The position numbers and the translations under genes are program-made. Shown piece by piece: positions 45,205 through 58,515 of a stretch of DNA of 64,000 nt; the first letter of the stretch is position 1, and each line of letters starts with the position of its first letter. The notes under the pieces were generated by a model. That model searched no databases. It saw only the letters and a program-made list of their open reading frames with translations, and was not told where the DNA came from. Origin of the DNA: Octopus vulgaris (lineage: Eukaryota); contig OX597814.1 of NCBI GenBank assembly GCA_951406725.2, forward strand, positions 189,658,001-189,722,000, written 5' to 3'.

Positions 45205-46673
45205 TGCTTTCATCCTTTCGGGGTCGATAAATTAAGTACCAGTTGCGTAATGAGGTCGATCTAATCGACTACCCCCTCCTCCAAAATTTCGAGTCTTGTG
45301 CCTAGACTAGAAACGAATGTTCTCTTCAGAACCACCAAGAATATATCTGGATCGAAAAAACTGTTACAAGGCATTTTAATATTCGTTTGAGTATCAATAT
45401 CGGGTTTTTTCAACTAACAGGCATCCACCTATACCCGGCGCATAAAATATAAGTGGAAACTTTTGCTACTTACCCTATGTATTAGCGGTTTTTTATTTAG
45501 GTACAAGACCAGAAATTCTGATGGGAAGGGACCAGTCGATATCAACCCTGACTGCTACTTTATTTTACTGATCCCGAATAGATGTGAAGTAAAGTTGACC
45601 CCTGCGGAAATGCTACTCAGAATGAAATGATCCGGAAGAAATTTTCTGATGGTCTAACGATTCTGCAAGCTCATCGTTTCCACCTTATTTAATAATGAAA
45701 AGAAAAACCCCAATTTGAATCCATATAATTCTTCTTTTTCCCTCTTTTGGTGGCGATCAACTTTAGAAAATTGGAAACTATTTCAATCTAATTAGGCATT
45801 GCAGCATAACTGCCCACTTCTTAGTCTCCACATTTTCCCAAAGAATGGAGCATTTGCCAACTGTTTGCGATATACTGCAAATGATCCTGTTACATCTAAG
45901 TGACCAAAAGATAAATAGAAATAACGATAATAACAAATTTCAATAGGAAAATTTGGAAGAAGAATTAAGAGATATGAGATACAAAGCAATTCAGGAGTTA
46001 CATGTATTGCACAGAGATACAGAGCAATCCAGGAGTTACATGTATTGCACAGAGATAATGGTATAAAGGCTTAGCTGGCAGAAATGTCAGCACGCCGGGC
46101 GAAATGTGTAGCCGTATTTCGTCTGCCGCTATGTTGTGAGTTCAAATTCTGCCGAGGTCGACTTTGCCTTTCATTCTTTCGGGGTCGATATAATCGACTC
46201 AATCCGTTTGTCTGTCCTTGTTTGTCCGCTGTGTTTAGCCCCTTGTGGATAGTAAAGAATTGGTATAAAGGCTTCGAACATTGACACAAATACAGCAGTT
46301 TCAAGGAGAAGCCATATAAAGTAGTAAACTGGTTCTTGTGTAATTGGTTTCCATGCCTTTAGTGGCATTGAACTACGGATCCATGAATGATGAAAAAGAA
46401 ACTCGGGTGAATAAGATTTCAACACAGAATGTAAAGAAAGGCGGTAGGTACAACAAAATTCCTGCAAGGTAGAATCGGTTTAGTGCTTTATGATAATACC
46501 TTCTTATGAATTAATTATGTCCTTCTCTCTTTGGTTCTAAGGCCAAACGTCATTGGGATCGACATAGCTCTCAAATGAAAATAACCTCAGAAGCTTCGGT
46601 TGAATGCTATGGACAACGGGCCATCATCTATAATAGCGTTTCGGTCCATTCCCTAATGAAAACTGAAGATACA

Positions 46674-47078
46674 TAGGTGCAGGAGTGGCTGTGTAGTAAG
46701 TAGCTTGCTTACCAACCACATGGTTCCGGGTTCATTCCCACTGCGTGGCTCCTTGGGCAAGTGTCTTCTACTATAGCCTCGGGCCGACCAAAGCCTTGTG
46801 AGTGGATTTGATAGACGGGAACTGAAAGAAGCCCATCGTATATATGTGTGTATATATATGTATGTGTGTGTATATGTTTGTGTGTCTGTATTGGTTCCCC
46901 CAACATCGCTTGACAACCGATGCTGGTGTGTTTACGTCCCCGTAACTTAGCGGTTCGGCAAAAGAAACCGATAGAATAAGTACTAGGCTTACAAAGAATA
47001 AGTCCTGGGGTTGATTTGCTCGGCTAAAGGCAGTGCTCCAGCATGGCCACAGTCAAATGACTGAAACAGGTAAAAAGA
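46674..47078 (+). mobile_element. SINE family A, full length
   Basis: Same consensus as 4848-5258. Confidence 0.85.
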
Positions 47079-47084
47079 AAATAC

Positions 47085-47340
47085 TGCATTGAGAAAAGTC
47101 GAGGACTTCAAATACCTAGGATTATATGTGAAATCGTCTCAAAGAGAGAAGGCGACCTTCATGGAACACTTTAAAAATGTATGGTCTGTGTGTGTATGGA
47201 ACTCCAATCTTGCGCATCATATCAAGTTTAGTTTCTTGTCTACCACTTCAAAGTGTGTTCCGATATATAATTATGAATGCTGAATCCCGAAGCCTACTCT
47301 ACAGAAGTCTCCGGACGTTTGTTATATTAGAATGCCGAGT
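47085..47340 (+). pseudogene. RTE-like RT C-terminal remnant
   Basis: LRKVEDFKYLGLYV...CVPIYNYEC*. Confidence 0.5.
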
Positions 47341-49153
47341 GCAGCACTTCCTATCAAATAGAATTTGTACCTATCGAAAGACTCTGCACCATTCCACACA
47401 AGCAGAACCCCAGTCATGGCTGTCATACCATTTCTGTGACCACATTTGGTCCTAACATCTGGCCACCTAACTCCCCAGACCTCAAAGACATTGGTTATTA
47501 TGTGTTGAGTGTCAAAAGAGAAATCAGAAGATGCCAGCTCTGATACGCACCAAAGTTTCCCTTCCTCTCTCGTCCTCCCTTTTATCTTCTCTTTTACATG
47601 TTTGTCATTGGATTGCATCCATAGAGGGGTGGTGCATTCACGGCTTTAGTCGAGCAAATCGTGCGCATTACTTACATTTTTTTATAGCCTGGTATTTATT
47701 CTATCGGTTCCTCTCGCCGAAATTGCGAAATTAATACCGTAAGAAAAAAAGAAAAAACACCGGTTGTTAAGTAGAGTGGGACATACACAAGCTCAAAGAC
47801 ATACGCAAACACACACACACACACACATGCACTCACGCATATATATACATATATACACACACTCACACGTACGAGTGGCTTCCATGTATATTTCGCCAAC
47901 CAAATTCACTCACAAGGCATTGGCCATCCGGAGACATAGTAGGAGATACTTGCCCAAGGTGCCATGCAGTGAATGGAGACTCAACCTGAAACCGCGCCGT
48001 TGCAAATCGAGTCTGTTAACTTTGCTAAGGTGGTGAGCTGGCAGAAACGTTAGCATGCAGGACGAAATGCGTAGCCGTATTTCGTCTGCCGTTACGTTCT
48101 GAGTTCAAATTTCACCGAGGTCGACTTTGCCTTTCATCCTTTCGGGGTCGATAAATAAAGCACCAGTTTCGCACTGGGTTCGATGTAATCGACTTAATCC
48201 ATTTGTCTGTTTTTGTTTGTCCTCTCTGTGTTTAGCTCCTTGTGGGCAGTAAAGAAATAGGTCTTTCGTTTGCCGTTACATTCTGAGTTCAAATTTCGCC
48301 GAGGTCGACTTTGCCTTTCATCCTTTCGGGGTCGATAAATAAAGTACCAGTTTCGCACTGATGTCGATGTCATCGACTTAATCCCTTTGTATGTTCTTGT
48401 TTGTCCCCTCTATGTTTAGCCCCTTGTGGTTAGTAAAGAAATATATACAAATTTGCTTGCTCTTATCAAGATCACTGAAGGAGAAATCGAAACAAGTTCA
48501 CTTCGGAGGGACAAAAGCCCTTCAGTGGAATTCTTAGCTGTAATTTGCATGTAAAAGCTTCTAAACTAGGCCAGTCACCTTTGCTAAACCCACCCTGAAT
48601 ACGTGACAAGCACAGTCACAAATCCAACATCAGTAGCCCTCCACGTTACAGTTGTACCGAACAAAATAATAAACGGAAAAAATTTTGTGTTTTCGAAATA
48701 TATACTGTCGATATTTTTATTAGTTCAGCAATGACGTAGTAATATTCACAGCACGCAGTGTTGTTGAAGCGAAACTCCAGGCCAACTCACACCAGACACA
48801 TATAATACGAAAGACGTTCCAACTGTGACCATTCCAACGTTTTATAATGTACATATGCGTGGGTATATGTCTGTGTCTATGTGTGAGTCTGTGTCTGTGT
48901 GTATCTAATACATGCAATATATACATGTATATGCAGAAATGTATCGGTATGCATGCATTTCGCTTTGTATGTTAGTATGTATGGATAGAACTACGTTGAA
49001 AGGAAGGCAGACATAAATATATCTATACTAACAAAACTTTGGCAACCATATCAGTGAGTATGTGTGTGCGTGTGTGTGTGTGTGTGTGTGTCTGTATGTC
49101 TGTCTGTTTGTGTTTGTATGCGTGCATGTATGTATATAATATATATATGAATC

Positions 49154-49197
<44 letters not shown>

Positions 49198-49309
49198 ACC
49201 GTTGAACCCTTTTTTTGCAATATTACCAAATCTGGAACTTAACTATGGTCTGTCTATAGCACTTATTCAGCATTACCAGACACCTTTGGGTCTCAATGAC
49301 ACCATTATC

Positions 49310-49406
<97 letters not shown>

Positions 49407-49514
49407 ATTTTAAATTAATAAAAAAAGGGTAAAATTTATTAATTGAATTAATTAAATAATCAATCAATTAATTAATAATTTCACCAAGTAGATCGATACG
49501 TTAAAATAATTTTA

Positions 49515-49571
<57 letters not shown>

Positions 49572-49925
49572 TTATATAAATGTGTGTATGTATATAAGTA
49601 TAAATGTGTGTACGAGTGTGCGTGTGTGTATGTATATTCATATATATATGTAATACGTATATATATTTAAGTATATATATATATGTGTATGTATATTCAT
49701 ATATATAATCATACATATATACATACATACATACATACATACATACATACATACATACATACATACATACATACATAACAGTAAGTAATCCAATTTGTTT
49801 TTCAGACTGTGGGGTATGATGTAGGAACATTATGCTATCATTCCTAGCACATCGGGCGACCGCATTAATATATTCCTCAGTAGCAGGAGGAAAAGTACTT
49901 TTAAATGCAAGCTATTCGTAGTAGT

Positions 49926-49995
<70 letters not shown>

Positions 49996-50331
49996 TCAGC
50001 AGCAGCAGCAGCAGCAGCAGCAGCGGCTGTGCGCTGATAATGATGCCAATACACAACAGCTGGTGCAGTTATAAGAATGGTGGTATTGAAGTAAAAACTG
50101 TAAAAGAAGTGATGTCAGCAGTTGTAGTAGTAGCACTAACAGCAGCAGGCGGCGGCGGCAGTAGTGGAAGCAGCAGCACTAGTAGCATCGGTGGAGGCGT
50201 TAGTAGTAGTAGTAGTAGTAGTAGTAGTAGAGGATATTTTGTAAACACAAATCTCAATTTATGAGAGTTTATTTGCATATCCGCGTGTTTGTAGATATAT
50301 ATATATAGATAGATGAATGCATATATGTATA

Positions 50332-50435
<104 letters not shown>

Positions 50436-50452
50436 GCGTGCGTGTGTGTATA

Positions 50453-50501
<49 letters not shown>

Positions 50502-50505
50502 TATG

Positions 50506-51358
50506 TAGGGTGCGATGGTTAAATTGTCGCCATTTTATATATTTAATTTCGCACATGCGCATTGTTTGTTTTTTATTTTGTCAGTTGGGCACCGTCTGTG
50601 AGAAAAACAGTACCATGACGCCATTCATTCTGCCAAAAATTTGGAAACAACATGCTGTACGGCTTGGCATTCGTGCTGGAAGCTCCAATCCGAACGTTTC
50701 AGTGTGTTTGCGTGTCAATCTGAGGACAGTGCAATCTGAGTACATGTACCGAGAGTGATAAAAATCGAATAACCAGTCAACATCATAGTGTTTGGACTAT
50801 ATAAATAGTGATAGCGACGTTATGTCTCTATTCATATCCCCACATGGCCTCTGAATCAACAAAGAGGCCTGCATCAAGTGCCTGGAGGAGATAGTGCTGC
50901 CCTTGGTCAAGAGGGTGGCTACTGGAAGACCCCATACCTGGGAACCATGCCTCACAAGCAGAAGCCCAGTCATGGCTCTCATACCATTTCTGCAACCACA
51001 TCTGGTCCTAACATCTGGCCACCCAACTCCCCAGACCTCAAACCCATTGGTTATTATGTGTGGAGGCGCAGTTGAGCAAGAGACCAACAAAACTCTTTGT
51101 AACACCGAAGACGAATTGAAGGCAAGGACTATGTTAGAATTCACCAATGAAAACGAGGAGATCGTCCAGAAGTGTTGCAGGAGATACCGAAGTCATCTAG
51201 AAGCCGTGGTTGAAGCCAATAACAATTTTATTGAATAAATTTATTCTTTGGTATTTCAAGATATTTTAATGTAGTTTTGGTAGATATATCTGTTGAAATG
51301 AGACGTCAGTGTTATTTCCATTTTTACGGAATGTAGACGATAGCTTATTCACTGCACC

Positions 51359-51361
<3 letters not shown>
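50506..51361 (+). mobile_element. Internally deleted Tc1/mariner-superfamily DNA transposon
   Basis: Termini agggtgcgatgg / cactgcaccctg in TA context; WPPNSPDLKPIGYYVW. Same family as 60445-61316 and the fragment 47380-47520. Confidence 0.85.
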
Positions 51362-51435
<74 letters not shown>

Positions 51436-52243
51436 TGCATATATACATGCATATATGTACATGCATAAAATGTATACGTATATATACATATGCTTATGTG
51501 GGCACAGGACGTCATGAAACGTGTACAACAAAAAATACGACATACGAGTACATGGAATATGAACTATTTTTTCGAACAACGAAAGACACAATTGAAAACA
51601 AGACAGACAAAAAGATGAACGACCCTCCATCAGTTGTTGGCTGTTTTTCTACTCTCGTATTTCGAGCATTTAAAAACAATATACGATTTCGATAAAATAC
51701 TTGCTCCCGCAAAGCAAATTAAATAAAATTTGGGATTTGTGGAGGGTCAAAATTGGTAACACAAACAGGACAGTGAAACCAAGCATTAAGGCTGCTAAGG
51801 CTAAACGAGGTTGTGGTGGCGAACGCGTAAATCAAGCTTGGACAGGAGATGGACAAGAAGATGTCTTCCTTGTTCCAGCTACAACGGAGAGAAAGAAAGA
51901 AACACAAGTTAGGAGAAGAAAGAAAGATGGCCGATGGTCACGTGGAAGCCACATGAGCAAGGGAGCAGTAGTGATAGAGAGAGAATGACAGAGTAATAGG
52001 ATACAATAGTGGGAGAAGAGGGTGTACAAGAATAAGAAAGACAAAGAGAGAAAAACGAAAGAGTAAAAAGATCATATAGGGTGTGCATCAGAATTATTAA
52101 TGTAAAACTTACTTGGAAGAGGATGAGTGACGTTCAATCATATAATAATATAAATATAAATAATATATATAGATATATGCATATATACATACGTATATGT
52201 ATATACTTACATCTATACGTATATATATATATATATATATATA

Positions 52244-53109
52244 TACTTAATCATATCGAAAGGAAATGAAATTAATAGAAATTTTCACTTCCAGTGGCCT
52301 AGAGTGTGAAACTTTAGTCCAAAGACTATGTATTACTCATAAAATACAGTGTATATTTAAACACATAAGGAATCCTCACGTGGAATCTAACACGCTAGAA
52401 AGAACAGCTAGATTCTATAACCACAAAAGTAGGGATAAAATCCGACAGGGACGAAATGGTAAAATAAAACTTTTATCATCTGGTTTCCTTGACCAATTGG
52501 TTTCTGATTTTAGTTTAGCAAATAAATAATATTCGCTAGGTGAAATCTTCTTCAACAGGTACACCTTAGATTAAATATAAAAAACACGATGCGGTCAACT
52601 ATGTGCCTTTTGTTTATACATCCTAATTTTTTCAAAATCTACTGCGCAGACGCAGCCCCTCGCCGGCAATAAAATAAATGCCAACTCTTAAAATCCGAAA
52701 ATTATCCAAAAAGCTTACAATACTTAATCATATCGAAGGGAAAAGGAAATTTATAGAAATGTTCACTTCTAGTGGCCTAGCGTGTAAAAATTTAGTCCTA
52801 AGACTATGTATTACTCATAAAATACAGTGTACATTTAAACACATAAAGAATCCACTTGTGAGATTTAACACGGTAGAAAGAACAGCTAGGTTCTATAACC
52901 ACAAAATTAGGAATAAAATCCAACAGGAACGAAATGAAAAAATAAATCTTTTACCATCTTGATTCCTGGACCAATTGGCTTCTGATTTTAGTTTATCAAA
53001 TAAATAATATTCGCTATATATTTAATCTAAGGTGTACCTGTTGAAGAAGATTTCACCTAGTGAATATTATTTATTTGCTAAACTAAAATCAGAAACCAAT
53101 TGGTCCAGG
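52244..53109 (-). repeat. Tandem plus inverted pLTR structure
   Basis: Direct repeat 52244-52538 / 52721-53016, then an inverted copy (53016-53109) of about 52487-52580 containing the HHR. Confidence 0.8.
53037..53109 (+). ncRNA. Type I hammerhead ribozyme with U3-G8 core (inverted copy on - strand at 52487-52559)
   Basis: cctg-TTGAAGA-agattt..tagtgaata/tatttgcta..aaatca-GAAA-ccaattg-GTC-cagg; palindromic ACCAATTGGT. Confidence 0.72.
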
Positions 53110-53438
53110 TCCATGTTTATGTAAGCATGTAAACTGGTCCATGTTTATGTAAGCATGAATTGATATGTTATGCATGTTTGTGTGTGCGTGTGTTTTTGTG
53201 TTTCTGCGTGAGCACGTGCCCTCGCACAATAAAGCCAAATTTTAAAAAATGGAGCAAATGGGCTACCGCCTAAAAATTCACGTACATGGCATTGCCCTGA
53301 CCGAGTACACTACTGACAGCAATAGCCTGATACTAAACTCAAACAAATACTAAGTTTAGTATGATGGAATTAACTCCTTAAAGACGAAGGCTCAGTATAT
53401 ATATATATATTAAATACATTAAATACATGTATAGATTA

Positions 53439-53831
53439 TCTCTCTATATATAAAGCTGAAGTTGTCTGTGTATGGCAGGTTTGATAGCCTTCAACTAACA
53501 TTATCTCCTCCAAGACCCTGCGGCGCAAGTTGACCAACATTGAGAGTATGATAGAAGAGGGCTTGCTCTTCCTTCCGTAGAAGAGAGGTTTACAAATCGG
53601 ACCATGTTAAGACCAAAAATTATTTACATAAAAAAGGTGCTTTTTTTCCTATGAAAATCCCTATTTTTTACGATTTTTGACTGCTGTGTAGCCAACTTTC
53701 AGTGTATTTCAACCAGATTAATGTTCACTTAAAGAGAATAACAAGATAGATAATGCAAAACTTTTACTTTTCAAAAATTCCAATTCTAAAGGGTCAAAAC
53801 AAACCCGAGCAACGCCGGGCGATACTGCTAG
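53439..53831 (+). mobile_element. Non-autonomous Helitron
   Basis: 5' TC, subterminal hairpin cccgagcaacgccggg, 3' CTAG, inserted between A and T. Confidence 0.85.
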
Positions 53832-53869
53832 TATACATTAAAGTTATTGTTAATACACATTCAACAGTA

Positions 53870-54049
<180 letters not shown>

Positions 54050-54409
54050 AAGTGAGAGATAAGTTATATTAAATCTCTTAGCATGAGATAAATATTAACA
54101 GCACGGAACCGTAAAATATATATACACATATATATATTTCAAATCAAGTAAGCGCAGAAGAAAATTAGCAATAACAAGCAAGATGTGCACGAGGAATGTA
54201 TTAGTTTGACGCCCACTTACACACAAACACACACACACATACACACACGCACACACACAAATATATATATATATACTATGATTCTATGCTTATTATATAT
54301 AATAGTGCGTTGGGCCGTGAGATACTTGTTGATAACTTAAAGTTTTATATAAACTGTTAAGCACCAAAACAAAGATAATATGCTGAAACATTATCTTTTG
54401 AAACTGATC

Positions 54410-54860
54410 TTTATTTCTCGTTAGACGTAAAATATAATACAGGCAAAATGTGCTTACCTTTCTTGATAAACATTTCCCTATAGATCATCAAAATCGAAAA
54501 TTATTTAACAGAAATAGTCTTAATACTTGAAAGTTTAAGATAACAATATTTTATCAAGAATCCTCGAATAGTAAAGAAAAAGTATATAATACTATCGGTA
54601 GTTGTTTAAATATATATTTATGCTTTCTTCAAGACAATTGCGAGTACAAGTCACAGATATTTAGTGCAAATATGCTTTCAAATTCCATTAAGGAGACTAT
54701 AATCACTGGTATGACAGAATGAATACCTACATTGATCACAACTCTATCATTTTAGGGCAAATCCAAAATAAACAGAAAAATCACATTCGATAGTAGATCA
54801 TATATGAACTATCATCATATTGTAAGCTATGCATTAGCGAGACCTTTCCTATATTAAACA
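54410..54860 (+). pseudogene. Highly decayed PLE C-terminal region (Nematis-like)
   Basis: Frame-shifted remnants GKMC/FLDKHFPIDHQNRKLFNRNSL (cf. LIDKHFP..H.L.KIFNRN), CFLQDNC, ITGMTE, CKLCISETFPI (cf. CxLCxxEK). Confidence 0.55.
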
Positions 54861-56266
54861 ATGCTTTCACATTTTGACACAAGGCCAGTAACTTCAAGGA
54901 AGGGTGTAAGTTGGTTTCATCAACTACAATGCTCAACTTGTACTCATTTCATCGACCCAAAACGATGAAAGGCACACAGGGACTTAAGAAAAGTCGCTCA
55001 GCATCATATATCAAATAGCAACATCTAATCAGTCAACTATTTACTCGTTTACTTGTTTCAGTCATTTGACTGTGGCCATGCTGGAGAACCGCCTTTAGTC
55101 GAGCAAATCGACCCCAGGACTTATTCTTTGTAAGCCTAGTATTTATTCTATCGGTCTCTTTTGCTAAGTTACGGGGACATAAACACACCAGCATCGGTTG
55201 TCAAGCGATGTTGGGGGGGGGGGGGGACAAACACAGACACACAAACATATACACACGCACATACATATACATGTATATACATATATACGACGGGCTTCTT
55301 TTAGATTCCGTCTACGAAATCCACCCACAAGGCTTTGGTCGGTCAAGTCTATAGTAGAAGACACTTGCCCAAGGTACCACGCAAGCTACTTACCGCACAG
55401 CCACTCCTACGCCTATATTTAAGTAAAATATTTGAAACTATTATCCACTGAAGACATTCTGTCAGATCTCTTTTAATAAAATATAAGTAGTCGACGGTCC
55501 CTGGTTGAAGTACAATTTTCACCGGAGGTTTATTGTGTTCGCCTATGCATGTCAAAAAAAGTGTTCTGTTTCATGATGGAATTACTACAGAGCACCTCAA
55601 GCTTGCAATGGCTTAGATTTCTTTTTTATCGCGATTTTTATTGTCACAAAATATGGGTTATTTAGTATGTCACACAAATTTATTCATACATATTCGTATT
55701 TAAACATAGATATACAAATGAATATACATATACAATATAAGTATTCGTATACATATAGATATATACACACATAAAAAATAAAGAGGAAACGGTCTGTTTT
55801 TATCATTTTGGTTTTAATATTTGTATAGAAGAGTTCGGTTAATCGAACGAAAGCGCTATTAAAGAATTATCAAAAATTCTGACTGAGTTTTTTTCTCAAT
55901 ATCCAATATATGTATATATATGTATATGCATATATAAACATTCACCACACCTCACCACCATACCACACCATACCACACCACATCACACCACCCTGCACAC
56001 ACTAGCACTGACCACTTCCCAGCACCCACACAATCATCCACACACCTACACATGCCCACACACGCACGTCAAGGTCCCCTATCCACATGTACATACACGC
56101 TCTCTCATGCATACGCACGCGCACCTTCGTTTTGGAAGCAGCACTACTTTTTTATCTCCCCTTCTTCCTAGCTCTCCTGTCTACCTACATCGGTTCGGCA
56201 TTCGCCATGATTGATCGCTAGCCACTAAACCTTTTATATTTTCTCTCTCTGCTTATTTCTGTGTTC

Positions 56267-56302
56267 CTTTCTGTCGAAGAACGTAGGCTCGAAACGTAAA
56301 AG
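56267..56302 (+). ncRNA. Minimal HHR-like motif (CUGUNGA family) in a pLTR-like 3' end (about 55940-56400)
   Basis: cttt-CTGTCGA-agaac gta ggctc-GAAA-c-GTA-aaag. Confidence 0.58.
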
Positions 56303-56442
56303 ACTTTCTCACTTCCCGAACATTAAACTAATACATCTGTTTGTTGTTTACACACCCGGTTTCGTCTTTGGTTTTGTTATATTTTGTAAATTCCAACTAT
56401 GTATATGCATATATATATATACATATACACACATATAAATAC

Positions 56443-56598
<156 letters not shown>

Positions 56599-57139
56599 GC
56601 ATGCATACTTATATTACATATATGCCTATTTATACTCGTTTATATATATATACATACATATGTATTTATGTATGTGCATATATAAACATGAATGCATATG
56701 TGTGTGTGAGGAATTGGTAATATATACGCATGTGTGTATATATATGTGTGAATATATGTGCGTCCAGGTATATGTACTTATAGATATGCATTCTCGTATG
56801 GTTTTACTTATGAATTCCCTAAATTTTCCAGCAATGGTATTCTTACTTACATTCATAATTCTGACCAGATTTTTGCATCACGTTTCCATAAATATTGAAC
56901 ACATTAAAACAAAAAGCTTACTCAATGAATATAAGATATGTCATTCGCAATCTATCTGAAAGCAAATCACTCACTGTAACCCGATGATACAACAGTTTAT
57001 CTTAGTTGTCGGTGGCAACTGACGAAGTTAAGCTTACATAATATTCTTCGTTCAAAATATGTCTGAAAATGAAATTGTGAATCTACATTCTACAGAATTT
57101 ATACCTGAATTGTGGGTTAACTACTATGTTATTAGATAT

Positions 57140-57240
<101 letters not shown>

Positions 57241-57577
57241 TGTACATATGTATTAATACTTTGTTGCGTCTAAGGAAAGTCATTATGTCAATAATAATAA
57301 CACACGCACAGGTTCAATTCCACTTCCTTAGGAAGAATAAGTCCTGGGGTCGATTTGCTCGACTAAAGGCGGTGCTCGAGCACGACCACAGCCACATGAC
57401 TGAAACAAGTAAAAGGGTAAAAGAGTTATTTGTATATATTTACAAGTCTTTGCAACTCTTATAGAAAGATAATAGCAATTGAAAATGGCAGCAAGGTTTC
57501 GCTACCTATCCAGACGGGCACATAACAACGACAGCCAAAGCTCAGGATCTTTAGGGAGACACGACTTTATGTATGGA

Positions 57578-57668
57578 TGTTCCTGATGAGAACTTGACTG
57601 GCAAATGAATGCAACGGAGTCCCACCCATAAGGGACAGTAGCAGAATGGGTCGAAGCGACCGTTGCAC
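57578..57668 (+). ncRNA. Decayed HHR with elaborated stem II
   Basis: tgttc-CTGATGA-...atgggtc-GAAG-cgacc-GTT-gcaca, then AATAAA. Confidence 0.45.
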
Positions 57669-57711
57669 AAAATAAAGATGGATACCAAATCCATCTGCTG
57701 GTTACTTAACA

Positions 57712-57774
<63 letters not shown>

Positions 57775-57796
57775 GTTATTATTATCATTATTGTTG

Positions 57797-57873
<77 letters not shown>

Positions 57874-58418
57874 GAGTGAGAGATTAGTGCATGTCATCAA
57901 AATGACACTGGGGTAAAATATACAAAGCCCAGTATACCCATCATGACTATAAGGGTACACCAGGCACATGCATCACAACCAAATGACCGTGACATGGTGG
58001 TATTATATCAAGATAAACAGCGCATGACCTTGCAGGTGGGACCCTGTTAGACGATTCTACAGGTTGTGAAGTCCATCCCGCACAAAAGGTCCCTGAATAA
58101 GGATTGTTTAAGGATATTGAACAAAACACCCACGTTTCTAAAGGTGAATTATCCAAACCCCACAGAATTCTTCACAATACATTGTTATGATGCTCCCCCA
58201 CTACTTCTGCTCGTGATCAGAGATGCACATATCGTCAGCCACTAAGGGACATGTTCAAGTGGTTTAGGTGAAACAACTGACAAGCAAATCTGTGGTATTG
58301 AGCAGAATATTTACTGTAGCCCGTCTTTTGTACCAAGACAAAACAATGTACATGATAACATTTCCAATCAGTTATGATAAGAAGCCATGAGAGCCACTGT
58401 TTGGTACTGCATCAAGGA

Positions 58419-58420
<2 letters not shown>
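57874..58420 (-). mobile_element. About 545-bp non-coding insertion embedded in (TAA)n; probable non-autonomous retroelement
   Basis: Complex sequence flanked on both sides by (TTA)n (57711-57873 and 58421-58456); strand inferred from the longer tract. Confidence 0.5.
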
Positions 58421-58457
<37 letters not shown>

Positions 58458-58515
58458 ACACATATTTATATATATATATTTACTAAACAACATACATCCC
58501 AACATCTAATTCACT

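Noticed and set aside
51640-51720. HHR-like gagca..tgctc-GAAA on the minus strand
   Set aside because: No recognisable CUGANGA-type core.
52266-52962. Duplicated 87-aa and 94-aa ORFs as tandem genes
   Set aside because: They lie antisense within duplicated pLTR-like repeats, stop at different positions and show no known motif.
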